From positions 31,569-95,568 of the forward strand of contig JADLDG010000035.1 of assembly GCA_020846775.1 (NCBI GenBank): a stretch of DNA of 64,000 bases, written 5' to 3'. Numbering within the stretch: the stretch's first letter is position 1; the number at the start of each line of letters is the position of its first letter. Shown one piece after another: positions 22,070-31,826 of this stretch. The translations under genes were made by a program, and so were the position numbers. Origin of the DNA: Nitrospirota bacterium (lineage in GTDB: Bacteria > Nitrospirota > 9FT-COMBO-42-15 > HDB-SIOI813). The notes below the pieces were generated by a model. The model saw nothing but the letters and a program-made list of their open reading frames with translations, was not told the DNA's origin and searched no databases.

Positions 22070-22705
22070 TTACGGCAAGACCAAATTACACTGCTGGCTT
22101 TTATTGATAAAATCAACTATTGCTTCATTGAAATAATCTGGCAGAGGCGGCAGGATTACTGAAGTTCGCTGCCGATACAGTGCCCTGCCTTTTTCAATCT
22201 CTTTACTCAGGATATCATAGAATGTACCATCTGCAGCGCTCATATACGCTGTTTCATGGTTATAATGCACAATATCTGAAACAATGGCCCGTGCCAATCT
22301 CTTCATATCCTCTTTTATCTGCATATCCGAATCGCATGTGTAATACTTACAAACTGCCGCGAGGAGTTTAGTACTGACCAAATCTCTGTCAATAACATCA
22401 TCTGCATACTGATGCGCATCCTTACTGCTTTGAACATCGTACCCCGTTATCAGGACGACTCTTGTATTCCTGAAACGCTCCACACCCTTGATTATCTCGC
22501 ATGGTGAAAATCCCATTATCCTGGATAGTCCGGAGTCTGCGATTACTACAGCAGGACAGTACGATTCAATCAAACTGAAAAGCATATGCTGGTTTAATGC
22601 GGAAATAAATCTGAACCATTTAGGTTCAAGGATACGGGTAATAATTTCATTCAACCCCGGCTCAGTCGTGCATATCAAAATTACATCTGACGACGCATAA
22701 CTCAT
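22070..22705 (-). CDS. atypical/degenerate receiver (REC-like) domain protein with unknown C-terminal domain
   Basis: N-terminal roughly 120 aa follow the REC topology (DVILICTTEPGL ... PAVVIADSG ... VVLITGYD ... KLLAAV) but lack the canonical acidic DD pocket. The C-terminal roughly 90 aa are unknown. Its stop overlaps the cheW start (ATGA). Confidence 0.4.
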   Translation of the reverse strand: MSYASSDVILICTTEPGLNEIITRILEPKWFRFISALNQHMLFSLIESYCPAVVIADSGLSRIMGFSPCEIIKGVERFRNTRVVLITGYDVQSSKDAHQYADDVIDRDLVSTKLLAAVCKYYTCDSDMQIKEDMKRLARAIVSDIVHYNHETAYMSAADGTFYDILSKEIEKGRALYRQRTSVILPPLPDYFNEAIVDFINKSQQCNLVLP

Positions 22706-23202
22706 ATGTGCTCCATCCTGGTCTCAATCAATAATATTAAGTTATTATTGAATTTAAAAGCTGCCTTAAAATATTTTAAGCTCTCTTTTCCAATAAAATC
22801 AGGAACAGGCAAATATCTGCCTAAAGGTACAGACACGATCCCTTCAACTGAATCAGCAAGTATACCTATAAAGAAATCATCATAATGCACTATCAGAATA
22901 CGAGTGCTCCCGGTGACATTTGTAGCTGATCTTCCGATATATTCCATAAAATCAAGCACTGGAATTACTATCCCTCTTAAAGGCAAAACACCTTTGACAT
23001 ATGAGCACGTGTTGGGAACTGCTGTAAGCCCTGTGTAGTGAATCACTTCCTTTACCATTGAAACTCCCATGGCATATTCCTGACGGGATAGCCTGAAAAT
23101 CAGACATTTTTCTGCTGAATATTCAGAACTGATATCTGAGCTGCCTGCGATAGATGTGTCGTCTTTTCCCCGTAAATTAGGACGATATGTCATAATTGTC
23201 AT
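22702..23202 (-). CDS. cheW: chemotaxis coupling protein CheW
   Basis: 166 aa. CheW-like domain pattern (LIFRLSRQEYAMGVSMVKEV ... GVLPLRGIVIPVLDF ... RILIV). Confidence 0.75.
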   Translation of the reverse strand: MTIMTYRPNLRGKDDTSIAGSSDISSEYSAEKCLIFRLSRQEYAMGVSMVKEVIHYTGLTAVPNTCSYVKGVLPLRGIVIPVLDFMEYIGRSATNVTGSTRILIVHYDDFFIGILADSVEGIVSVPLGRYLPVPDFIGKESLKYFKAAFKFNNNLILLIETRMEHI

Positions 23203-23208
23203 AAACCT

Positions 23209-24135
23209 TCATATCCCGCTGCCATATGCAACTCGGTTTCTGCCATCACGTTTTGCCCTGTACAATGCCTGATCAGCCTTATTAATCAATGCATCACAAC
23301 CCTCCTTGGTGTCATCAGGGAATGTCGATACTCCTATGCTTGCTGTCACCGGTCTGCCACCATTCAACTCAATCAGGAGCGGGTTATCTTCTATGATTTT
23401 TCGGATTCTTTCAGCCACAATGTGAGACCCGATAACTGTATTTTGTGACAGGACGATAATAAATTCATCACCTCCATATCTAACTGCAAAATCATATCCT
23501 CTAACCATTACCTGCAGAAGTTTTGCGACTTCCTTGATAATTTCATCACCACGCTGATGTCCAAAGGTATCGTTAATGTCTTTGAAATTATCAATATCCA
23601 TGATTATCAGGGAAAGCTTAAGGTTAAAACGATCACTTCTATTATATTCTCTCCTGAGTGTATCGTATAGATATCGCTGATTATATAAACCAGTTAGTGA
23701 ATCTACTACAGTTACATGTTCCAACTCTGCTATTTTGGTTTTTAGTTCTTTCTGAAGGCTTTTCATCCTCAATAATATACTTACCCTTAAAGACAATTCA
23801 TGCGGATGAAATGGTTTAGTCATGTAATCTATGGCCCCGCTTTCGAGGCCTTTAATCCTGTCATATATTTTCCGGTTGGAAGACAACATGATAACCATGA
23901 TATCCTCAAACCTCTTTTCCTTGTTTATCATTTCCATTAACCGGAATCCATCCATTCCCGGCATCACTACATCGCAGACTATCATATCAATATTTTCTTT
24001 AGATAAGATCTTTAAAGCGCTGAAACCATCATTTGCCTCAAAATAACGTACAAACAGGTTTGCATTCCTGAGACTTTCGATTACTTTCTGTCGCAAAAGT
24101 GGGGAATCATCAATTATTAATACACTGTTATTCAT
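23209..24135 (-). CDS. response regulator-diguanylate cyclase (REC-GGDEF, WspR/PleD-like)
   Basis: REC domain (LIIDDSPLLRQ, phospho-acceptor D in IVCDVVMPGMDG, conserved K in TKPF). GGDEF domain with an intact GGDEF signature and an RxxD I-site five residues upstream (RGYD). Start set at MNNSVLIIDD. Confidence 0.8.
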   Translation of the reverse strand: MNNSVLIIDDSPLLRQKVIESLRNANLFVRYFEANDGFSALKILSKENIDMIVCDVVMPGMDGFRLMEMINKEKRFEDIMVIMLSSNRKIYDRIKGLESGAIDYMTKPFHPHELSLRVSILLRMKSLQKELKTKIAELEHVTVVDSLTGLYNQRYLYDTLRREYNRSDRFNLKLSLIIMDIDNFKDINDTFGHQRGDEIIKEVAKLLQVMVRGYDFAVRYGGDEFIIVLSQNTVIGSHIVAERIRKIIEDNPLLIELNGGRPVTASIGVSTFPDDTKEGCDALINKADQALYRAKRDGRNRVAYGSGI

Positions 24136-24288
24136 TAAACGACTTTTCGGTAACTGATTGAATATCTTAAGAAAGAGAACACGGTAAAAGCGCAAACCCG
24201 ATTAGTCGGGAAATCACTCCGGGGAATTAGTTAACTGCCTGAGAAATCGTCTGAATATTGTTCTAAAGTGGATACAGGATAGTCTATT

Positions 24289-26376
24289 TCAGGCAAAAAC
24301 TCTTTCTGCAAGTCCGATGACGTCTATAACTGGTACAACCTTTCTGGCATCTATCTCTGCAAACCCTTCAATACCCTGAATTTCTTTTAGGAACTTACCG
24401 GGAGGTTTAATAAGGATCTCTCTCTGACCATGTATTTTATCAACTATAATACCCATTCTCTTCTGTGCCAAGCCCGCTATAATTACGTATTCATTCTTGC
24501 TGTATGACTCCCAGTGACCTTCATGGTATTTCAGGACATCCTTTAATCTAACCAGAGGCAAGAAATCTCCTCTAAGGTTAATACTTTCTCTATCCCTGAT
24601 AATTTTTATTTCGCATTCCTTTAAGCTGAGATTTTCCGATATCAAATTTACAGGTATTGCAAATTCCCGTCCTGACTCTGAAACTATCAGAGCCCTGACT
24701 ATAAGCAATGTTACAGGAAGTGTAATACGGAAAGTAGTTCTCTTACCATAAACTGTTTCAACTTCTATCATACCAGACAAATCCTCTATGCTCTTTGCTA
24801 CCACATCAAGGCCTACCCCTCTGCCGGATATGTCATCTATTGTGTTTTTTGTGGTAAAGCCCGGCATAAAAAGCATCTTCAGGAGTGTCTTTTCATCCAT
24901 TTCATCATTTCTAAGCAGACCCATGATAAGCGCCCTGTTTTTAATAACATCAAAATCAATACCACATCCATCATCTTCAATGTCAATCACCACAGTCCCA
25001 TCTCTCTGCACAGACGTAATTCTTATTGTCCCTGCAGGATCCTTACCTCTTTTTCTCCGTACTTCATCATCCTCTATACCATGATCAATTGCGTTACGTA
25101 TTATATGCATTAGTGGGTCTGCAATTTCTTCTATAATTGACTTGTCCAGTTTAGTATCACCACCGGACACTTCAAACTTTATTTTCTTCGACAAGTCCTT
25201 TGAAAGCACTTCCACTATTCTATTTAGCCTTGTGTACAAATACTCTATGGGTACCAACCTTATATCTATGAGTTTATCTCTCAAGAATGCTATTTTCTTG
25301 TGCAGCTGCCTGGTAGATCTATGAATGTCAAGGAAAACCAGGTCTTTGCCGTACTTCATCTTCAGGTCATTCATCAGGTGTGTTACAGTACTATTTAATA
25401 ATAATATTTCTCCTACGGTATCAAGCAGTGTCTCCAGCCTTTCAATATCAACCCTGACTGTCTTGGCTATGCTTTTTACCGTCTGTGGAGGAGGTTCGAC
25501 CTGATCAATAATTTGTTCCTGTATTTGAGTTTCAAATGGGTCACCTTCCAAGTCTATATTCTGGATACTTATTATTTCACCAGAAAATAGAGGATCCCGC
25601 TCACTAACCCTGTCTTCCGCAACTTGTTCAAGAAACTCCTGCCCCTGCATCATTTGAGTCCCTGAGACCAGTTCATAACGACGCAAAATATCTTCATGTT
25701 GCGAGGAATAAAGAAGTTCAAAAGATGCCATGTCATCCTCGGAAAACCCGGAGACTGGCATTACTGTGATAACCTCTCCGTAGCATGTAAGATTCGCCCT
25801 GAGTTCTGTCATCGCATCATCAACAGTGTCAATATGCGTTCGTACAATAATCCTGAAAATCCTGCGCCCTTCTTTAACAGACTCCATAAGTCTGTGTTGC
25901 TCAAATTCAGGCAGCCTCCCTAACAGAGCATACGGTAATCCGGCAAATCTATTGTTCTTAAAAGTTTCATCATGTATCCCGCTATCAAGGTATAGCCCCA
26001 TTTTTTCAATTACCGGCCCTATCTCAGTATACTCTTCTCCCTGATCATTAATATTGTTAAGGAGCTCCGTAAAGACATCAGCAACTTCAAATAACGTATC
26101 TACAACTTTATAATTTAGCTGAATCCTGCCGAACCTGAGACAATCCAACAAATCTTCGAGGTTGTGACTTAATGAGCTTATCCTTGGAAACCCGGATATC
26201 TCAGAAATTCCTTTCAAGGTATGGATTTCACGAAACACAGCATTAACTACATCCGGATATTGTACCGTTGCTGTATTGCATGTTGATTTCAGTATATAGA
26301 GGTTTTTGTTGAAATTACTGACAATATCCTCTGCCTCAGCCAGGAAGTCCTTGTGATTATTATATTGTTTATTCAT
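24289..26376 (-). CDS. cheA: CheA-type histidine kinase (Hpt - atypical linker - dimerization - HATPase - CheW-like)
   Basis: Hpt motif HTLKG. H-kinase dimerization region (VRVDIERLETLLDTVGE). HATPase_c (DHGIE...DDGCGID, GRGVGLDVV). C-terminal CheW-like domain. A roughly 200-aa segment between Hpt and dimerization is not a canonical P2. No fused REC. Confidence 0.8.
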   Translation of the reverse strand: MNKQYNNHKDFLAEAEDIVSNFNKNLYILKSTCNTATVQYPDVVNAVFREIHTLKGISEISGFPRISSLSHNLEDLLDCLRFGRIQLNYKVVDTLFEVADVFTELLNNINDQGEEYTEIGPVIEKMGLYLDSGIHDETFKNNRFAGLPYALLGRLPEFEQHRLMESVKEGRRIFRIIVRTHIDTVDDAMTELRANLTCYGEVITVMPVSGFSEDDMASFELLYSSQHEDILRRYELVSGTQMMQGQEFLEQVAEDRVSERDPLFSGEIISIQNIDLEGDPFETQIQEQIIDQVEPPPQTVKSIAKTVRVDIERLETLLDTVGEILLLNSTVTHLMNDLKMKYGKDLVFLDIHRSTRQLHKKIAFLRDKLIDIRLVPIEYLYTRLNRIVEVLSKDLSKKIKFEVSGGDTKLDKSIIEEIADPLMHIIRNAIDHGIEDDEVRRKRGKDPAGTIRITSVQRDGTVVIDIEDDGCGIDFDVIKNRALIMGLLRNDEMDEKTLLKMLFMPGFTTKNTIDDISGRGVGLDVVAKSIEDLSGMIEVETVYGKRTTFRITLPVTLLIVRALIVSESGREFAIPVNLISENLSLKECEIKIIRDRESINLRGDFLPLVRLKDVLKYHEGHWESYSKNEYVIIAGLAQKRMGIIVDKIHGQREILIKPPGKFLKEIQGIEGFAEIDARKVVPVIDVIGLAERVFA

Positions 26377-26389
26377 CTTTCCAACTTTG

Positions 26390-27409
26390 TTACTTTGATG
26401 CCATTAATACAATACCTGCTACCTTGATAAAAGCCTCAAGGGTTGAAGTATCACCTATTTGCCCCCTTCCAGGCAGATTGTCTCCATATAGTATCGCTGT
26501 AACCGTTTTATCTTCTATTAAAGGAGCTACGAAGACCTCTTCAGGTAATCCTGCGCCAAGATGTTTAAAAAGGTATGAATTCCAATCAGATTCAGGCAAC
26601 TGCCCTTTGTAACTCATTCTATTAGTTATAACATCTTTAATTACAGAAGGCTTATCAAGGGGAATACAAAGCCCCTCTATCCTTATTTCAGCTGAATCCA
26701 ACGATATTCCAACTTGTCCAAACCCAACTGCCTTCTCTCCGTCAAGCTTGAATATAACCGCTCTGCTCATCATTTCTCCTGCAAACCTCAGAAGCATGAC
26801 TAACATCTCAGTACTCGCTGCAGGAACTGACAGCTCTTCAATCAATGAAATCAGGGTGTTGGGATAAGCTCCATACTCTACGGCTGAAGATCCTGAGGGC
26901 ATGTTTTCTATAGGTACTTGAACCATCTTTTTGCCCTCGTCCCTCAGTCTGGTTCCTTCGAGCAGGATATACTCAGTACTCACACTTATATTTTGAGGAA
27001 TTTTAGGCATTGGCTGTTCCGGTTCAAAGCGAAACACCCCTTCTTCCCAAGACAACATTTCATATATGATTTCTTTTATCTGCGACTGGATAAAGGATTC
27101 AAGTGCATCTTTTTCAATCAACTTGTTCTCTGTCAGTATGGCGCCCAAGGGTTCATAAATCTTCCTGTCCCGTTGAATCCTCAAGGCTGCTTCGAGGTCG
27201 CCTTCCATCAAGACACCTTCCCTGATCAGCCTTTCTCCAAGTTTTTCTTTGCCATGCATTGAGGCATACAGCATCTTCCCGTCGTGAAATACAACTCTCC
27301 CACTTCCGGCAGGGCTTTCTAATTTCAAGATTCCGCTTTTCTTGCTCAAATGGACTATCTGAAGTATATCCGGAAGGCTAAGATCTGATAAGTGTCCTTC
27401 GAGGCTCAT
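26390..27409 (-). CDS. DUF4388-like N-terminal domain plus GAF-like domain protein
   Basis: N-terminus LSDLSLPDILQIVHLSKKSGILKL matches, from memory, the DUF4388 domain seen in Che-associated proteins. The C-terminal half resembles a GAF fold. Sits between purS and cheA. Confidence 0.4.
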   Translation of the reverse strand: MSLEGHLSDLSLPDILQIVHLSKKSGILKLESPAGSGRVVFHDGKMLYASMHGKEKLGERLIREGVLMEGDLEAALRIQRDRKIYEPLGAILTENKLIEKDALESFIQSQIKEIIYEMLSWEEGVFRFEPEQPMPKIPQNISVSTEYILLEGTRLRDEGKKMVQVPIENMPSGSSAVEYGAYPNTLISLIEELSVPAASTEMLVMLLRFAGEMMSRAVIFKLDGEKAVGFGQVGISLDSAEIRIEGLCIPLDKPSVIKDVITNRMSYKGQLPESDWNSYLFKHLGAGLPEEVFVAPLIEDKTVTAILYGDNLPGRGQIGDTSTLEAFIKVAGIVLMASK

Positions 27410-27441
27410 AATTAATAAGGGTTCTATGAAAACAATAAGGT

Positions 27442-27687
27442 CTATTTTTCAATTTCATATCGGAAATCCTCTACAATAGTATTAGCGAGGAGCTTATTAC
27501 ACATCTCCTTAATCTGAGAATCCAAATTCTCCCCGGATGTATCATCGAAACTTAACTCTATATACTTTCCTATCCTGACATCAGCAACAGATGCATACCC
27601 CAGAGTCTTTAATGAATGTTTAACCGCCTTACCCTGCGGATCCAAGATACCATTTTTTAACGTAACATATACTCGTGCCTTCAACAA
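27442..27687 (-). CDS. purS: phosphoribosylformylglycinamidine synthase subunit PurS
   Basis: 81 aa. MLKARVYVTLKNGILDPQGKAV is a typical PurS sequence. Confidence 0.85.
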   Translation of the reverse strand: MLKARVYVTLKNGILDPQGKAVKHSLKTLGYASVADVRIGKYIELSFDDTSGENLDSQIKEMCNKLLANTIVEDFRYEIEK

Positions 27688-27730
27688 TCAACCTCCCTCC
27701 GGCCGATAGATTACACCTACCAACCTTTCA

Positions 27731-29020
27731 TCAGAATATCCTGTTAAAAATATAATCTACATGCTTCAAATGATAATCCATATCAAAGCATGACCTTACA
27801 TCAGCCTCACTCAACTGCGACATTACATCTGAATCATGAAGAAGCAGATTCTGAAATTCCTCGCCTTTGTTCCATGCACTCATGGCATTTTTCTGTACCA
27901 GCCTGTATGCCTTATCCCTGTCCATTCCTTTTCTTACAAGCTCGAGCAATACCCTTTGTGAATTAATAAGTCCACGGGTCAAGTTTAGATTCTTCATCAT
28001 ATTTTCAGGGTAGACGACCATATCCCTCATGATACTTATCAACCTGTTGAGCATATAGTCTATAAGAATCGTACTATCAGGCATAATAATGCGTTCCGCT
28101 GAAGAGTGGCTGATATCACGCTCATGCCACAGCGGGATGTTCTCCAGCGCCGCAACACAATTGGACCGGACAATCCTCGCCAGGCCGCAGATATTTTCAG
28201 ATCCTACCGGATTCCTCTTGTGCGGCATTGCAGAAGAACCCTTCTGTCCTTCGGTAAAAGGTTCCTCAACCTCCAGCACCTCTGTTCTTTGGAGATGCCG
28301 GATCTCAGTAGCAATTTTATCAAGTGTACCTGATATAATGCCGAGCGTACACATGAATTCGGCGTGCCGGTCTCGCTGCAAAATCTGGGTAGATACGGGC
28401 GCTGGTTTTAAGCCCAGCTTTTGACACACATATTCTTCAACAAATGGTGGTATGTTGGCAAAGGTTCCAACCGCACCTGATATCTTGCCACAGGCAATCG
28501 TATCCCTTGCCCTGACAAGGCGATCTATATTCCTCTTTGTCTCTTCGTACCATAAGGCCATTTTAAGCCCAAACGTCACCGGCTCTGCATGAATGCCGTG
28601 AGAACGTCCCATCATGACGGTATTCTTGTAGACATTTGCCTTTTCCTTTAACACATCCAGAAGCCTGTACAGATCATCAAGGATAATGTCTGACGCATCC
28701 ATTAATTGCAGGGCAAGCCCTGTATCAAGGATATCAGATGATGTCAGTCCCAGATGGAGGTATTTTGCTTCATCACCGATACACTCGGAAACTGCAGTGA
28801 GAAAGGCTATAACATCATGTTTAACATCAAGTTCAATCTCATTGATCCGTTCCGTATTTATTCTACCCTTTTCTTTAATTACTTTGACTGCACCCTCAGG
28901 TATCTCACCCTTTTGGGCCAATGCCTCACAAACCAGAACTTCAATGGCAAGCCACTTACTATATTTATTTTCCGGTTCCCATACATGCTTCATCTCAGGC
29001 AGTGCATAACGATCTATCAT
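27731..29020 (-). CDS. purB: adenylosuccinate lyase
   Basis: 429 aa. Fumarate lyase superfamily signature (GSSAMPHKRNP). Confidence 0.9.
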   Translation of the reverse strand: MIDRYALPEMKHVWEPENKYSKWLAIEVLVCEALAQKGEIPEGAVKVIKEKGRINTERINEIELDVKHDVIAFLTAVSECIGDEAKYLHLGLTSSDILDTGLALQLMDASDIILDDLYRLLDVLKEKANVYKNTVMMGRSHGIHAEPVTFGLKMALWYEETKRNIDRLVRARDTIACGKISGAVGTFANIPPFVEEYVCQKLGLKPAPVSTQILQRDRHAEFMCTLGIISGTLDKIATEIRHLQRTEVLEVEEPFTEGQKGSSAMPHKRNPVGSENICGLARIVRSNCVAALENIPLWHERDISHSSAERIIMPDSTILIDYMLNRLISIMRDMVVYPENMMKNLNLTRGLINSQRVLLELVRKGMDRDKAYRLVQKNAMSAWNKGEEFQNLLLHDSDVMSQLSEADVRSCFDMDYHLKHVDYIFNRIF

Positions 29021-29076
29021 AATATTCTTCCCTCATCCTTCCTATAACTTACGCAGCGCTGTCAGCCCCGGGCTAA

Positions 29077-29499
29077 TTATAATTTCCAATCCAGTATCTC
29101 CTGATGATCTTTAACTATCCTGTCAAGTATACCGTTTACAAATGAGCCCGACTCTTCTTCACCAAATCTCTTGGCAATCTCAATTGCCTCATTTATGGTC
29201 ACCTTAACAGGGATATCCTGGATATAGAGCAATTCAAATACAGACATCCTCAATATATTACGATCTACAACGGCCATCCTGTCAATGCTCCAGTTACTTG
29301 CAGACAGTCTGATCTTATCATCTATCTCATCAAGATTCTTAATTACTCCATCAACAAGGTTATTGGCGAATTCTACTATATTCTCCGGCGCCTCATGATC
29401 TTCCCAAAAACCGTCGGCAAGACCGGCAGACTGATGACTGACATCATATTGATACAACATCTGCAACGCGAACTCTCTTGATTTTCTGCGATATCCCAT
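29077..29499 (-). CDS. nusB: transcription antitermination factor NusB
   Basis: RRKSREFALQMLYQ N-terminus. 140 aa. Classic position after ribH. Confidence 0.85.
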   Translation of the reverse strand: MGYRRKSREFALQMLYQYDVSHQSAGLADGFWEDHEAPENIVEFANNLVDGVIKNLDEIDDKIRLSASNWSIDRMAVVDRNILRMSVFELLYIQDIPVKVTINEAIEIAKRFGEEESGSFVNGILDRIVKDHQEILDWKL

Positions 29500-29978
29500 T
29501 ATGTGAGCAATTTATAGAGGTTGGCCATCTCAATTGCCTGAAGAGCGGCATCCCATCCTCTGTTTCTGCTCTTGGTGCCTGCCCTCTCAATTGCCTGATC
29601 CACACTATCTGTGGTCAGGACACCATATATAACAGGAACGCCGGACTCAAGCGCAATATTCGCTATACCCTTCGTAACTTCTGAAGATATATATTCGAAG
29701 TGTGGTGTAGCTCCCCGGATAACCGCGCCAAGGCAGATAATTGAGTCATACTTATCAGACACAGCCATCTTCTTGGCAACCATTGGAATTTCAAATGAGC
29801 CAGGCACCCTCACAACGGTAATATTACTATCATCTACATCACATTGTTTAAGTGCATCCAAAGCGCCCGTCAGGAGCCTGCTCGTAATGAAATCATTAAA
29901 CCTGCTTACGACAATTCCAAACTTTAAACCCTTTCCAGCTATAGCACCCTCTATCGGTTCAGGCATAAATCCCTCCAA
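29499..29978 (-). CDS. ribH: 6,7-dimethyl-8-ribityllumazine synthase
   Basis: [14 protein letters not shown] motif. About 155 aa. Confidence 0.85.
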   Translation of the reverse strand: MEGFMPEPIEGAIAGKGLKFGIVVSRFNDFITSRLLTGALDALKQCDVDDSNITVVRVPGSFEIPMVAKKMAVSDKYDSIICLGAVIRGATPHFEYISSEVTKGIANIALESGVPVIYGVLTTDSVDQAIERAGTKSRNRGWDAALQAIEMANLYKLLT

Positions 29979-29992
29979 TATATTATTTTAAT

Positions 29993-31192
29993 TCATATTT
30001 TACTTAACATGTGCCCTAATTTTCTCTTCTTGGCTGTAAGATAATCAATATTTTCCTTATGTGGAGTAACTTCAATAGGGACACGCTCAATCACATCCAA
30101 GCCAAACCCCTCCAGACCAACAATCTTTCTTGGATTGTTGGTCATCAACCGTAAATGTTTCACATTAAGATCAACCAGTATCTGCGCCCCGACGCCATAT
30201 TCCCGCAATACAGGCTTGTCCCCACCCATCACATTGTCCTTTGCACCCTCTATCTCTTCATCCTGCAACTTGTATAATGTTATCTTTCCGATCATTGTTT
30301 CTTTCAGGTCATGATTAATATAGAGGATTATACCAACACCTTCATTCTCTATTATCTCCATAGCCTTTTGAAGCTGTTCGCCGCAGTCACACCTCCTGGA
30401 TCTGAAGATGTCCCCCGTGATACAGGCGGAATGTACACGCACGAGAACGCTCTTCAAATTGCTAATATCTCCTTTTATAAGGGCAAGATGTATATTATGG
30501 TCAAGTTCATCTTCATAAACAATTACCTTAAAATCACCGAAATCCGTGGGCAGCTTCGAATCAGCTACCCTCCTTACAAAGGATTCTTTCTGCAGCCGGT
30601 ACTCAATCAGATCCTTTACAGTAACAACCTTAAGAGCATAATCCTCGGCAAACTTAATCAGCTCCGGCAGTCTGGACATGCTGCCGTCTTCATTCATTAT
30701 TTCGCAAATGACACCGGATGGATGTAACCCTGCAAGCCTTGACAGGTCCACTGACCCTTCCGTCTGGCCGGCCCTTTTCAGGACACCACCCTTTTGCGCT
30801 TTGATAGGAAAGATATGCCCCGGCCTCGCCAAATCAAGAGGTCTGGTTTCAGGGTCTATAGTCTTCAGTATTGTTACTGCCCTGTCTTGCGCTGATATGC
30901 CTGTTGTAATCCCATGCCTGGCGTCTATGGAAACAGTAAATGCGGTCCCAAAAGGGGCTGTATTGTCGTTCGTCATGGGCTGAAGAGATAGTTCCTCTAC
31001 ACGTTCTGGCGTGAGTGTCAGACATATTAGCCCTCTGCCAAAGCGGGCCATAAAATTAATAGCCTCAGGGGTAACCTTTTCAGCAGCCATAACGAGGTCA
31101 CCTTCATTCTCTCGGTCCTCATCATCAACTAAAATAACCATCTTCCCCTGCCGAATATCTTCTATTGCCTCTTCTATAGAGTTAAGTCCCAT
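29993..31192 (-). CDS. ribBA: bifunctional 3,4-dihydroxy-2-butanone-4-phosphate synthase / GTP cyclohydrolase II
   Basis: DHBP synthase N-terminal half (DRENEGDL). GTP cyclohydrolase II half with a CxxC...C zinc motif ([10 protein letters not shown]). Confidence 0.9.
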   Translation of the reverse strand: MGLNSIEEAIEDIRQGKMVILVDDEDRENEGDLVMAAEKVTPEAINFMARFGRGLICLTLTPERVEELSLQPMTNDNTAPFGTAFTVSIDARHGITTGISAQDRAVTILKTIDPETRPLDLARPGHIFPIKAQKGGVLKRAGQTEGSVDLSRLAGLHPSGVICEIMNEDGSMSRLPELIKFAEDYALKVVTVKDLIEYRLQKESFVRRVADSKLPTDFGDFKVIVYEDELDHNIHLALIKGDISNLKSVLVRVHSACITGDIFRSRRCDCGEQLQKAMEIIENEGVGIILYINHDLKETMIGKITLYKLQDEEIEGAKDNVMGGDKPVLREYGVGAQILVDLNVKHLRLMTNNPRKIVGLEGFGLDVIERVPIEVTPHKENIDYLTAKKRKLGHMLSKI

Positions 31193-31826
31193 GATTTCTG
31201 CTCCTTATTTGCTCCTTGATCTCTTCCAACTCCCTCTCAATCCTGTCAATCCTGTCAGATACCGGGTCAGGGAGATGAACATGATCCAACATGGTTTCTG
31301 TAAGCCTCCTCCCGCCCTGTTTAACAATACGACCTGGAACACCAACAACAGTAGAGTCAGGTGGAACAGACTCCAGCACAACTGAATTAGCTCCAATCTT
31401 TACATTGTCTCCAATTACAATATTTCCAAGGATCTTCGCGCCCACGCCGACAACTATATTATTCCCTAATGTCGGGTGACGCTTTCCTCTCTCCTTACCG
31501 GTCCCGCCTAATGTAACACCCTGAAAGATGGTAACATTGCTGCCAACCACTGTCGTCTCTCCAATTACAACGCCCATGCCATGATCTATAAAAAAGGATG
31601 AACCAATCCTTGCACCAGGATGTATTTCTATCCCTGTCAGAAATCTGCTTAAATGCGATATAATCCTTGGTAAAAGAGGGATACCCCTTCTCCATAACCC
31701 GTGTGCCATCCTGTGAAACATAACTGCGTGAAAACCCGGACATGTAAGAAAAACCTCAACTTTTCCGGAAGCAGCCGGATCCCTTTCGAAAACTGCATTT
31801 AAATCCTTCGATAAATTATCAAACAT
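31182..31826 (-). CDS. cysE: serine O-acetyltransferase
   Basis: SATase N-terminal helical domain and left-handed beta-helix hexapeptide repeats ([25 protein letters not shown]). Overlaps ribBA and ispF by a few nt. Confidence 0.8.
   Translation of the reverse strand: MFDNLSKDLNAVFERDPAASGKVEVFLTCPGFHAVMFHRMAHGLWRRGIPLLPRIISHLSRFLTGIEIHPGARIGSSFFIDHGMGVVIGETTVVGSNVTIFQGVTLGGTGKERGKRHPTLGNNIVVGVGAKILGNIVIGDNVKIGANSVVLESVPPDSTVVGVPGRIVKQGGRRLTETMLDHVHLPDPVSDRIDRIERELEEIKEQIRSRNHGT

Noticed and set aside
24136-24288. Short hairpin cccga-ttag-tcggg in the cheA / REC-GGDEF intergenic region as a terminator
   Set aside because: Only a 5-bp stem without a convincing U-tract. At most it is a weak attenuator, so it is not called as a feature.
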